From the IMG/VR virus record IMGVR_UViG_3300045988_117276: DNA of 60,768 nucleotides, one strand, 5' to 3'. The translations under genes and the position numbers were made by a program. The notes under the pieces are model-generated. The model ran no database searches and was not told the origin of the DNA. It saw only the letters and a program-made list of their open reading frames with translations. Numbering within the stretch: position 1 is the first letter of the stretch; every line of letters begins with the position of its first letter. Of this stretch, positions 36,012 to 44,191 are shown one piece after another. The stretch is from a virus.

Positions 36012-36161
36012 GATTTATAATTTACTGTAAATCATTATTAGCCATGATATTATCATATAGATTCCTGATATGATATATCTGTCATCACGCTTTCCTCTAA
36101 AATTTATCAGAATAGCTATCGCCAACACTGATAAGGCACATAACCGCATTGCTAACATAGG

Positions 36162-36473
36162 TCAAAAAGGAAGGTCGTCATCAGGTGAAACACTGGGAGC
36201 TGAATCAACCTGTTCCATACTTGGAGCACTTGGTTGTGGATTATAAGTTTGCAAGTCACCCAAGAAGTAATTTACCCCATCTTTTCTTTCTTCCTTTTTA
36301 GGAGAACAGGATACATAGTGTGTGTAAGTGTTACTTCCAAATGTAGCAGGTTCCTTACGCTCTCCTACCCATATATTCAGGAAAATACGCTCTTTACCAT
36401 CTTTACACATTACTTTTTTCATCTGCTCACGGGGAATATCCGAGAGGCAGATGCTACCAAATAAACTACTCAT
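36162..36473 (-). CDS. Putative ssDNA-binding protein with an SSB-type acidic tip
   Basis: The C-terminus ...SPDDDLPF mimics the SSB DDDIPF tail. It sits within the recombination module. Confidence 0.5.
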   Translation of the reverse strand: MSSLFGSICLSDIPREQMKKVMCKDGKERIFLNIWVGERKEPATFGSNTYTHYVSCSPKKEERKDGVNYFLGDLQTYNPQPSAPSMEQVDSAPSVSPDDDLPF

Positions 36474-36478
36474 ATTAC

Positions 36479-36958
36479 TTACTTTTTAAATGTTATACTA
36501 TACGATGTTGTACTTTGTTTACATGGAGGATTTAAGGTAAAAACTTCTCCACTATCTTCGTCAATTTCAGTTTTAGGCTTAGAAATTGCTTTTAAAAAAG
36601 TCTCCCTGTCTTTACATTGCTGGTTTATTTCTTCCCTCTGTTTAATAAGACGACTATATACAGGATCATTGCAAATGGAAAAATCATATGTAACACCAAT
36701 TTCCTTTATTTGAATTACTGCACCTAAATAGCTGGGAGACTCACCTTTCCCATATTTCTCGCATTCTTGTATTACTGCATCTTTTATGTTTTCATCCTTT
36801 AAAAACGTATTTATTGTTTCAGAAATACTTTTCATCTGAACCACTGCATCAATCGGATTTATATCACCATCAATAACTTTGGAAATAAAAGCATTAGCCA
36901 TTTCTTTCTGTTCCGTCTTGGAAGATGGGATTCTGTTGATTATTAGTTTATTACTCAT
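36479..36958 (-). CDS. Hypothetical protein (159 aa)
   Basis: ORF. Confidence 0.5.
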   Translation of the reverse strand: MSNKLIINRIPSSKTEQKEMANAFISKVIDGDINPIDAVVQMKSISETINTFLKDENIKDAVIQECEKYGKGESPSYLGAVIQIKEIGVTYDFSICNDPVYSRLIKQREEINQQCKDRETFLKAISKPKTEIDEDSGEVFTLNPPCKQSTTSYSITFKK

Positions 36959-37623
36959 TGCAGATTATGATTTACTTTATATTGATAATAATTTTCGGAA
37001 ATCTTATTTATGTCATCATTCGTACATCTATAATTCTTCTCTATCAAATTAATTATAGAAAAACGTTGTTTATTTTCTCTTGCAAAAGATTCATTCCTAT
37101 AAATCCATTTCATCAAATCTTCTCTTCCGAGAAGAGAAGCGTTTAAAACTTTGCGATTATCATTTTCTATTTGTGATTTATTATACTTGGTAGAATCATT
37201 GTCCCAATACACATCAGCAGCCATACCCAAAGCCTTGCAAGAAACAGATATAGCGTCAGTTAAAGCCATTTTATAACATTCGTCTGACGTATATGCTCCA
37301 TTCTTTTCGTTAACAACAAATGAAGCTCCTCCAACCCCCTGTATTCCTTCACTCCACTCACCATTATATTTGACGAAAAGGTTGATATGCACAAAGCTTG
37401 ATATTTCTCCATTTGCACCTTGTTCATTCCACATTTTTATAATCTCATAACGCCAACCAAATCCGCAAGGGCCAAACTGTTCTGTTAGAGTTTTAATTCT
37501 CCACATAGGATTGATATCTGTCTTTCCTTTTAAACGACCTGCTGAAATTGTTTTTTTAGCATTGCCTGGAACTTGCCTTATCTTATCGTAAAGTTCAAGA
37601 CAATTATCATTCCATTCCTTCAT
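36955..37623 (-). CDS. Rad52-like single-strand annealing protein (Sak type)
   Basis: ISAGRLKGKTDINPMWRIKTLTEQFGPCGFGWRYEI is characteristic of phage Rad52-like annealases. Confidence 0.6.
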   Translation of the reverse strand: MKEWNDNCLELYDKIRQVPGNAKKTISAGRLKGKTDINPMWRIKTLTEQFGPCGFGWRYEIIKMWNEQGANGEISSFVHINLFVKYNGEWSEGIQGVGGASFVVNEKNGAYTSDECYKMALTDAISVSCKALGMAADVYWDNDSTKYNKSQIENDNRKVLNASLLGREDLMKWIYRNESFARENKQRFSIINLIEKNYRCTNDDINKISENYYQYKVNHNLQ

Positions 37624-37689
37624 ATCATATATTATTTAAAGTGGTTAAAATAGTTCCCGGATACCGAATCAACGGACACCGGGATTAAA

Positions 37690-38402
<713 letters not shown>

Positions 38403-38403
<1 letters not shown>

Positions 38404-38687
38404 CACCTTGCCCATACTGAAACACTTTCGATAGATTTAACAGATTTATCTGAGCACGGAATAATCTCAATTGCATCCAGAATCTCTATCTCTGGAACCG
38501 TAACAGTGAATTTACATTCACCTGGATTAGTCGTACCATTGATCGCTAATTGCGATATGCTAGCAGCACCGTCCCAATACCATAATCTACGACAATTTTC
38601 GAGCTTAACTTCTCTACCATTTCTTTCTACTAACTCTCCAAAAAATACACCGGAATAATTTCCTCTTACAATTACTTTCTTTTTCAT
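38403..38687 (-). CDS. Hypothetical protein (94 aa)
   Basis: ORF coupled to the repeat-protein gene. Confidence 0.55.
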
Positions 38688-38818
38688 GATTATATATTAT
38701 TAAAGTGGTTAATCAAAAAGCCCCGAACAGCAAAGCCATACGGGGATAATTCAAAACTTAAATAGCGGACTGGATACCGCACGGAGTCCTTACTCCGGGA
38801 TTATAGTTAAACAATAGA

Positions 38819-39094
38819 TTATCTACCAAAGAGTTCTAATGCTTTTTTAGCGTCTGTAATTATTTTACGCCCATCCTGCTTTATAGCCTTTTTTATCTTT
38901 CCACTGCGCTTAATACGATAAGCTTCCGTATAAGAGCAATGAAACAATTCAGCTATCCCTTTTAGCCCATATACATATTCTTTTGATTCCGGAGGATTAT
39001 TTACAGGGATAGCATCTTGAAGCAATGCCCTTAATTCCCCAACTGTCAAATCTATCAAGCGAGTATCATTTGATATTCTTTCTGATCCAATCAT
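38819..39094 (-). CDS. Excisionase-like / HTH_17-type DNA-binding protein
   Basis: YVYGLKGIAELFHCSYTEAYRIKRSGKIKKAIKQDGRKIITD. GGAGG upstream. Confidence 0.55.
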   Translation of the reverse strand: MIGSERISNDTRLIDLTVGELRALLQDAIPVNNPPESKEYVYGLKGIAELFHCSYTEAYRIKRSGKIKKAIKQDGRKIITDAKKALELFGR

Positions 39095-39112
39095 AATTCC
39101 TCCTATTATTTT

Positions 39113-39496
39113 TTATAATAAACAACAATCATATCTCTTAGCCCTAGATCGGAAGACCATTTCGACCCTTGCTATACTTCGCGTACTTCTTAATCTTATC
39201 CTTTCACAATGCGAATCAAGGATTAAAACAAACAATAAACAGCACGTTACTACCGTTCTAACTATCGGAGAAAAATCAAAGGTAAATTCAATTCCCGATA
39301 ATCGTTCATAAAACTTACGGCATAATTCACGTCCGTTTTTTACATTTAGCTTCTTAAAAGCTTCCTGTAATTGGTTATTGATCGTACTAACTGCCTTATA
39401 TTTTAATGATGCTATTTCCTTTTTCTCCAATCCAGATATATACATCTGAGCTGGCAGCTCGCATTCTTGTGTCAGTTCTGTTAATACTCTTTTCAT
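39113..39496 (-). CDS. LuxR/GerE-type HTH protein with a hydrophobic C-terminus
   Basis: ISGLEKKEIASLKYKAVSTINNQLQEAFKKLNVKNGREL. Confidence 0.45.
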   Translation of the reverse strand: MKRVLTELTQECELPAQMYISGLEKKEIASLKYKAVSTINNQLQEAFKKLNVKNGRELCRKFYERLSGIEFTFDFSPIVRTVVTCCLLFVLILDSHCERIRLRSTRSIARVEMVFRSRAKRYDCCLL

Positions 39497-39515
39497 GATT
39501 GTGTGTTTTCTAAAG

Positions 39516-39758
39516 TTACTTTAACCGGATAACTGAGGTATATCCTGTATATTCAGTTTTTGAGACTCTAAACATTAAGTCTATCTTAGCTTTTAGCTTA
39601 TTAGTCAAGCGTGCCTCACGATTTCTTCTAGCAGCTTCAGACTTAATACCAATGTGACGTGATTCATCGTAGGGAATATTATAGATATCTCCTACTTTCA
39701 TAGCATCAAACACTTTAGTTGTTTGATAGCTTTCATCAATAACGATTTCTTTTACCAT
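39516..39758 (-). CDS. Hypothetical protein (80 aa)
   Basis: ORF 23 nt downstream of tRNA-like RNA no. 2. Confidence 0.5.
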   Translation of the reverse strand: MVKEIVIDESYQTTKVFDAMKVGDIYNIPYDESRHIGIKSEAARRNREARLTNKLKAKIDLMFRVSKTEYTGYTSVIRLK

Positions 39759-39781
39759 AAAATATTCATTTATAAATTGAG

Positions 39782-39861
39782 TGGACAGTGCTGGAGTCGA
39801 ACCAGCCTCACGGATTATTGATGCACTTCACCGTAGTTTCAGCCACGAGACATAACTGCCC
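39782..39861 (-). ncRNA. Non-canonical tRNA-like RNA no. 2 (80 nt)
   Basis: Acceptor stem GGGCAGT/ACTGTCC with G3.U70 and A73. U8. D loop with GG at positions 18-19. A 5-bp stem starting at position 27 closes a 17-nt loop (UGAAGUGCAUCAAUAAU). T arm GCTGG-TTCGACT-CCAGC. Confidence 0.55.
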
Positions 39862-40070
39862 GTTTGCCTGTATCACTTTAGATACAGGGCTTTACATTGA
39901 AATACAACAGATATCAATATTCTCACGAACGACGATATCTCCTTAAAGTATATTTTTATTATTTTCATTTTTCCATTTAAAAAGGGATGCACTATCTTCA
40001 CAGACAATACACCCCGAACACACAAACACAAAATAAAAACACGACAAAACAAAAAGTTTTAAGTAGCTAA

Positions 40071-40232
40071 TTACTCTTCTCTCTCTAGTCTCTTTTTGTT
40101 TTTCTCTATGCACACTTGACACAATGCAAATGCGACAAAAGAAAGCCAAAAAACAACATTAAATTCATTTGCGAACAATATCGTCATGGCAAGAGATATT
40201 ATCCAAATAATAAATAATGGTATACGTTTCAT
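40071..40232 (-). CDS. Possible small membrane protein (53 aa, below the track cutoff)
   Basis: Own translation: MKRIPLFIIWIISLAMTILFANEFNVVFWLSFVAFALCQVCIEKNKKRLEREE. Two hydrophobic helices. Confidence 0.4.
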   Translation of the reverse strand: MKRIPLFIIWIISLAMTILFANEFNVVFWLSFVAFALCQVCIEKNKKRLEREE

Positions 40233-40239
40233 ATTATAT

Positions 40240-40620
40240 ATGTATTAGTTAGTGCCCGCACCTTGATCCGATCAAGACTCACGCAAACAGTGCAACTGTT
40301 CGTGCGGGCTATATATTAACTTACTCACGTTGCTTCCTTCCGCTCATATCATCGCTGGTTGGCTATTACGCTATACTTCGCATCGGCTATACTGCTTATC
40401 TGCGCAGGCTACTTTAACGTGCCCTGAACACGACTTCATTTTTGAGGGTTAAGCCTCCCATCCCGAATTGGGATTCATCGGTTTACCGTTGTGCCCGTAG
40501 CAAATATTCTCTACGTTGATACGGGCTTTTATCCCCCGTCCGACTGGTTTCCCTTACTCACAGCGCTGATTGTCGTAGGTGCTTTATGTCGGATTATCAG
40601 ACTACCTTTTTACGGGTTAT
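40240..40620. other. Non-coding, hairpin- and repeat-dense island (candidate structured RNA or origin)
   Basis: No ORF of 60 aa or more in any frame. A three-way junction at 40254..40309. Hairpins at 40460..40474 and 40493..40526. Competing helices at 40539..40600. GGCTA(T/C) repeats at 40361, 40385 and 40407. The 9-mer CTTACTCAC occurs at 40320 and 40553. Confidence 0.6.
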
Positions 40621-40623
40621 ATC

Positions 40624-40881
40624 TTATCTCCAAGAACTATCATAATTGACATATTTATCAGCAAAGAATGCTTTCAACACATTTCCCTGTTTTGGTTCAA
40701 TCGTTCTCGGATTCAATGATGCTACATATTCATCCATTTTGAGGCGAGCGTCCACCCAAGAAGTACGCAAGGCAGATTTCAGAGAATAACCATACTTGTG
40801 AACGTAAGCCCAAGCTCTTTGCATGATGGCTTTCATGTTATACTTACCATTTCTTACAAGTTCATAATCTCTAGTTTTCAT
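40624..40881 (-). CDS. Small basic protein, paralogue of 15797..16087
   Basis: IMQRAWAYVHKYGYSLKSALRTSWVDARLKM aligns with IMRTAHRTYKYVGKKQGKTFGEVLKSTWRLAKLDV. Confidence 0.6.
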   Translation of the reverse strand: MKTRDYELVRNGKYNMKAIMQRAWAYVHKYGYSLKSALRTSWVDARLKMDEYVASLNPRTIEPKQGNVLKAFFADKYVNYDSSWR

Positions 40882-40958
40882 AACTTTCTTACTTTTAATG
40901 CATTTATACTATTGCGAATCTCTGCCAAGTTGCGTATCCTTGTAGCGGTTCGATGATG

Positions 40959-40966
40959 CAAATATA
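40959..40966 (-). promoter_or_regulatory. -7 box TATATTTG for 40624..40881
   Basis: The plus strand reads caaatata within gatgatgcaaatata, the same context as 16134..16141. Confidence 0.45.
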
Positions 40967-41058
40967 CTGATTTATTTTCAGCGCACAAAGATTGTACTGA
41001 TTTTATTTCAGTATTAAATATTATTTAACTATTAGAGTAGTTTATACCTTATTATAAT

Positions 41059-41667
41059 ATGAAGAAAGAAAGTAAAGATAGAAATTGGATAGCGTGGATA
41101 GCACTTGGCTTGAGTGTTATTGCGATAATAGTAAGTGTTATTGCAATATGTATTGCATGCCCTCATATGCCTGAATTGGGATTTGATTATCAAGGAATAA
41201 TAGTGGGTATATTAGCATTATTAGTAACTATGCTAATTGGTTGGAATATCTTCTCTATTATTGATATAAGAAAAATAAGAGATGAATTATTGACTACAAA
41301 GGTTAGCTCTGTATTCAATGCCGAAAAGAATAATGCAATAACATGCCATGCTGTATCTGATTATTATTATCATGTGCTATTAAAATCAGACCCTTTAGGT
41401 ATCGAATATCAATTTCTTTATTACAGAATAAGTGAATTATTTCATGTGTCAAATATAGGAGACACAGAAACTTGTAATATAATAGTCAAGGTTTTATTGG
41501 AAATGATTAAATCGCCCGAAGATATACATATCCTGCAAAGTTGTAAGGATAGGCTTATAGGATTATTGTCAATGGTTAATGAAAAAGAGAAAATAATAAA
41601 GTACAATGAATTAATGTCTGTTATTGCAAGACTAGGTACTAAGCCACGTGACAATAAACAGCCTTAA
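41059..41667 (+). CDS. Two-TM membrane protein with a cytoplasmic domain (202 aa), next to the repressor
   Basis: TM segments WIAWIALGLSVIAIIVSVIAICIA and IIVGILALLVTMLIGWNIFSII. Confidence 0.6.
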   Translation: MKKESKDRNWIAWIALGLSVIAIIVSVIAICIACPHMPELGFDYQGIIVGILALLVTMLIGWNIFSIIDIRKIRDELLTTKVSSVFNAEKNNAITCHAVSDYYYHVLLKSDPLGIEYQFLYYRISELFHVSNIGDTETCNIIVKVLLEMIKSPEDIHILQSCKDRLIGLLSMVNEKEKIIKYNELMSVIARLGTKPRDNKQP

Positions 41668-41800
41668 AATAAGTATCTGCATATTCATCTGCGCTTCGTT
41701 CAGAGAGAGGTACCATAGCAATAAAAGTTAAAGCGACCAGCTCCAAAGTTGCGGTTGGAAGGGTCTAATAAAACAAAGTACCGCAATACATAGTTGTTTG

Positions 41801-41841
41801 AAAATAAAAATATCCGCAATAGGTTGCAGCTACTACGGATA
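41801..41841 (-). terminator. Rho-independent terminator (minus strand)
   Basis: Minus strand reads TATCCGTAGTA-GCTGCAACC-TATTGCGGATA (11 pairs including G.U) followed by TTTTTATTTT. Confidence 0.5.
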
Positions 41842-41912
41842 CCATATATTAAACTTCTTATGAGGAAAGTTTAATCACTTTGTCTCTGTAACATCTGCAA
41901 CTTGTTACGACA

Positions 41913-41920
41913 CAAAGATA
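41913..41920 (-). promoter_or_regulatory. -7 box TATCTTTG inside an imperfect 15-bp inverted repeat (operator-like)
   Basis: ctttgtctctgtaac...gttacgacacaaag (41878..41917), 20 nt upstream of the repressor ATG and divergent from it. Confidence 0.4.
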
Positions 41921-41936
41921 CAGAAATATATTCAGT

Positions 41937-42440
41937 ATGACAACAAAAGATAGATTAATAACATTTCTTGCATATATAAATATAAGTCAAGGAAGATTCG
42001 AAAAGGGAGTTGGTTTATCGACTGGCTTTGTTAACAATGTAGGAGATAGCATAAGAAAATCTTCTCTTGATAAAATCTCGTCTGTATATCCAGAATTAAA
42101 TACAGCATGGCTACTCACGGGTGTTGGGAATATGATAAATGAAAATAAAAATAACGTAGGAAGAGATAACTATGGTGTCCAAGGAGGTGGCTCTCAAAAC
42201 ATTTCAGGCAACATGGTTAACGTAACTATGCCCGAATCCGGGACCCAAAAAATTATTAAGCCTACCGGAGAGGTTGAAATACAGCGACTAGACCCAAGCG
42301 ACAAATCAAACTCGGGCGAGCTCGATAGGCTACAACAGCGTATTCAAGATTTGGAAAGAATTATATCTGAAAAAGACGCTACAATAAAGTCTAAGGATGA
42401 TTTAATATGTGTGCTGAAAGAAATGCTCAATAGGCAGTAA
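41937..42440 (+). CDS. CI-like phage repressor (N-terminal HTH, C-terminal coiled coil)
   Basis: RLITFLAYINISQGRFEKGVGLSTGFVNNVG...YPELNTAWLLTGVG. Lysogeny-module position. Confidence 0.55.
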   Translation: MTTKDRLITFLAYINISQGRFEKGVGLSTGFVNNVGDSIRKSSLDKISSVYPELNTAWLLTGVGNMINENKNNVGRDNYGVQGGGSQNISGNMVNVTMPESGTQKIIKPTGEVEIQRLDPSDKSNSGELDRLQQRIQDLERIISEKDATIKSKDDLICVLKEMLNRQ

Positions 42441-42631
42441 GTGTTAGGTTAAGGTTATGTTTTATTCGTAAAATTATACAACAGGTAAAATACGAAAAAG
42501 TTTAATAAAAACATCATATAAAACAAGAATTTATAAGACAAAAGTCATTATAAACAACAATTAGATATATTAATCAATAAAAATACGATGTATTAAAAGT
42601 AAAACTAATCAATGGCATTTATAGAAAAGCT

Positions 42632-42970
42632 ATGAATATTAAAAGAAACTGTATATTTCTACTCGATAAAGAGAAAGACAAAACTGACGCAAAGCTTCGC
42701 TACCGAATAAAATGGGGAGATAACATCGTCGCGTTTAATGTGGGATACCGGGTGGACATAGACAAGTGGAGCCCAGACAGTCAACGCTGCAAGAATAATA
42801 CAACACACGGCACAAAAAAGGTTCATTCTTCCATTATAAATAAAGCTATTCAAAATTATGAGGATATATGCGACAATTTGGATCATTGCCTCTATATGAC
42901 TTTTGCAGTCTATTACTTTGATGCATTTATCCAAGACCAGTCCGCCTTCCGGGTAGGTCTTGTTATTTAG
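42632..42970 (+). pseudogene. Truncated tyrosine integrase: arm-type DNA-binding N-terminus only
   Basis: LRYRIKWGDNIVAFNVGYRVDIDKWSPDSQRCKNNTTHGTKKVHSSIINKAIQNYED resembles Bacteroidetes integrase N-termini. Similarity stops after about 85 aa. There is no catalytic domain anywhere in the genome. Confidence 0.5.
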
Positions 42971-43036
42971 GGTATCCTGCGCCCATGAGAGCAACTCTCT
43001 GATTGATTCTTGGTCGTATTTATTATCTTCTGCCAT
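42659..43036 (-). CDS. Hypothetical protein; only the N-terminal ~50 aa look genuine
   Basis: MAEDNKYDQESIRELLSWAQDTLNNKTYPEGG... The rest of the ORF is antisense to the integrase remnant. Confidence 0.35.
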   Translation of the reverse strand: MAEDNKYDQESIRELLSWAQDTLNNKTYPEGGLVLDKCIKVIDCKSHIEAMIQIVAYILIILNSFIYNGRMNLFCAVCCIILAALTVWAPLVYVHPVSHIKRDDVISPFYSVAKLCVSFVFLFIE

Positions 43037-43037
43037 C

Positions 43038-43223
43038 TTATTGAGTTATTACTAGCTTTATATTCAAAAAGTCCAAGATCTTTTCAATCTTTTCTTGTCC
43101 TAAATTCGTTTTTCCGTTAAGAAACAAGGACATGGTACTCTTTGTTACTTCTACATGCTCCGCAAGATCCTTTGATTTGACATTGCGGAGTTTCATTGCT
43201 TCTTTGACCGATTCTCGTATCAT
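43038..43223 (-). CDS. Small XRE-family HTH protein (Aca-like position)
   Basis: LRNVKSKDLAEHVEVTKSTMSLFLNGKTNLGQEKIEKIL. Confidence 0.7.
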   Translation of the reverse strand: MIRESVKEAMKLRNVKSKDLAEHVEVTKSTMSLFLNGKTNLGQEKIEKILDFLNIKLVITQ

Positions 43224-43498
43224 GCAATTTCGTTAATAGAATATACTGATTTATCTAAACGTAATTCCCTTGTAATTATCTCTTTCCATTTAGGATCAGG
43301 AGAATGAAACACGATAATGGCACAATCATGAACACCGATAGATTGCTTATATTTTACCGTAAACTCACCGTCGAATTTTTCCCAATCTTCAGGTGCTTCA
43401 TTCCAAAATATTTTTTTGCATTGATTCAACGCTCTTTCTCTACCATTAGCAACATTGGTATCTGCATTCTTGTAAATAATTTCAATTTTAGAATCCAT
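43220..43498 (-). CDS. Hypothetical protein (92 aa)
   Basis: ORF overlapping the HTH gene by 4 nt. Confidence 0.55.
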   Translation of the reverse strand: MDSKIEIIYKNADTNVANGRERALNQCKKIFWNEAPEDWEKFDGEFTVKYKQSIGVHDCAIIVFHSPDPKWKEIITRELRLDKSVYSINEIA

Positions 43499-43512
43499 AA
43501 TTATACTTTTCG

Positions 43513-43752
43513 TTATTTATTTAAATTATATTCATCCGCTATACTCCATTCAAACGACGGATATAGCGCCTTATTTTCCTTTATTGTTACGTGTGCTGGG
43601 CAACCTTGTGCAGCTAAAATTGACAGATGCTTAAGCTCGCTCATATCATCAGATGTTAACGTAATTGTACTACCTACACCTTCTAAAGGTTTGTCAAAAC
43701 AAATTTGTGATGAAAACTTATGCTTAGGGCTTCTTAAACTGTTATTATTCAT
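43513..43752 (-). CDS. Hypothetical protein (79 aa)
   Basis: ORF. Confidence 0.5.
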   Translation of the reverse strand: MNNNSLRSPKHKFSSQICFDKPLEGVGSTITLTSDDMSELKHLSILAAQGCPAHVTIKENKALYPSFEWSIADEYNLNK

Positions 43753-43783
43753 ATCCTTATAGATTTATTGATGATTATTTTTA

Positions 43784-44062
43784 TTATTTGTAATATGCAA
43801 TGTATAATGGCTCCTCGTTAGTATTCCAAACTTTGTAAATCGCACATCCATTCTCTTTTTCTTCAGAGAGCTCTTCACATCCATAACCTTCTTCTTCCAA
43901 ATCTTCTACTTCCGCAATCTCTTTGCCATCCTTATTTACAACGCTTGCTATCCACTCCCTTACCTCGACGTCGTTAGCGTACATTATACCAGCTCCGTAA
44001 ACAAAAGCAAAGTCATTACTCATTACAAAATCTACTAGATCATTGCAGTTAATTGTTTTCAT
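43784..44062 (-). CDS. Small acidic protein (92 aa)
   Basis: EVEDLEEEGYGCEELSEEKENG. It is the first gene behind the duplicated promoter-leader. Confidence 0.6.
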   Translation of the reverse strand: MKTINCNDLVDFVMSNDFAFVYGAGIMYANDVEVREWIASVVNKDGKEIAEVEDLEEEGYGCEELSEEKENGCAIYKVWNTNEEPLYIAYYK

Positions 44063-44141
44063 ATCTTTATTTTTTTAGTTGTTATTACTTTGTTTCTTAT
44101 TTTGATGTTACAAAGATACAAATAGTTTTTGTAATATCAAA
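44063..44141 (-). promoter_or_regulatory. Promoter (-33 TTTG 44138..44141, -7 TATCTTTG 44111..44118) plus 56-nt leader; copy of 20101..20180
   Basis: The reverse complement of 44063..44118 equals 20125..20180 apart from 2 mismatches and 1 indel. 19-nt spacer. Confidence 0.6.
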
Positions 44142-44191
44142 CTTTTAAGGCTAGAAAGTTTCGGTCATATCAAACTTTAACATTTGGGCAT

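Noticed and set aside
39782-39861. A tmRNA, suggested by the G3.U70/A73 acceptor.
   Set aside because: The element is only 80 nt, with no tag-peptide ORF or pseudoknots between the acceptor halves. It is kept as a tRNA-like RNA instead.
39943-40149. 68-aa minus-strand ORF (MAFFCRICIVSSVHREK...).
   Set aside because: Low-complexity and Cys-rich, with no start context. It overlaps in another frame a more plausible 53-aa two-helix membrane ORF (40071..40232).
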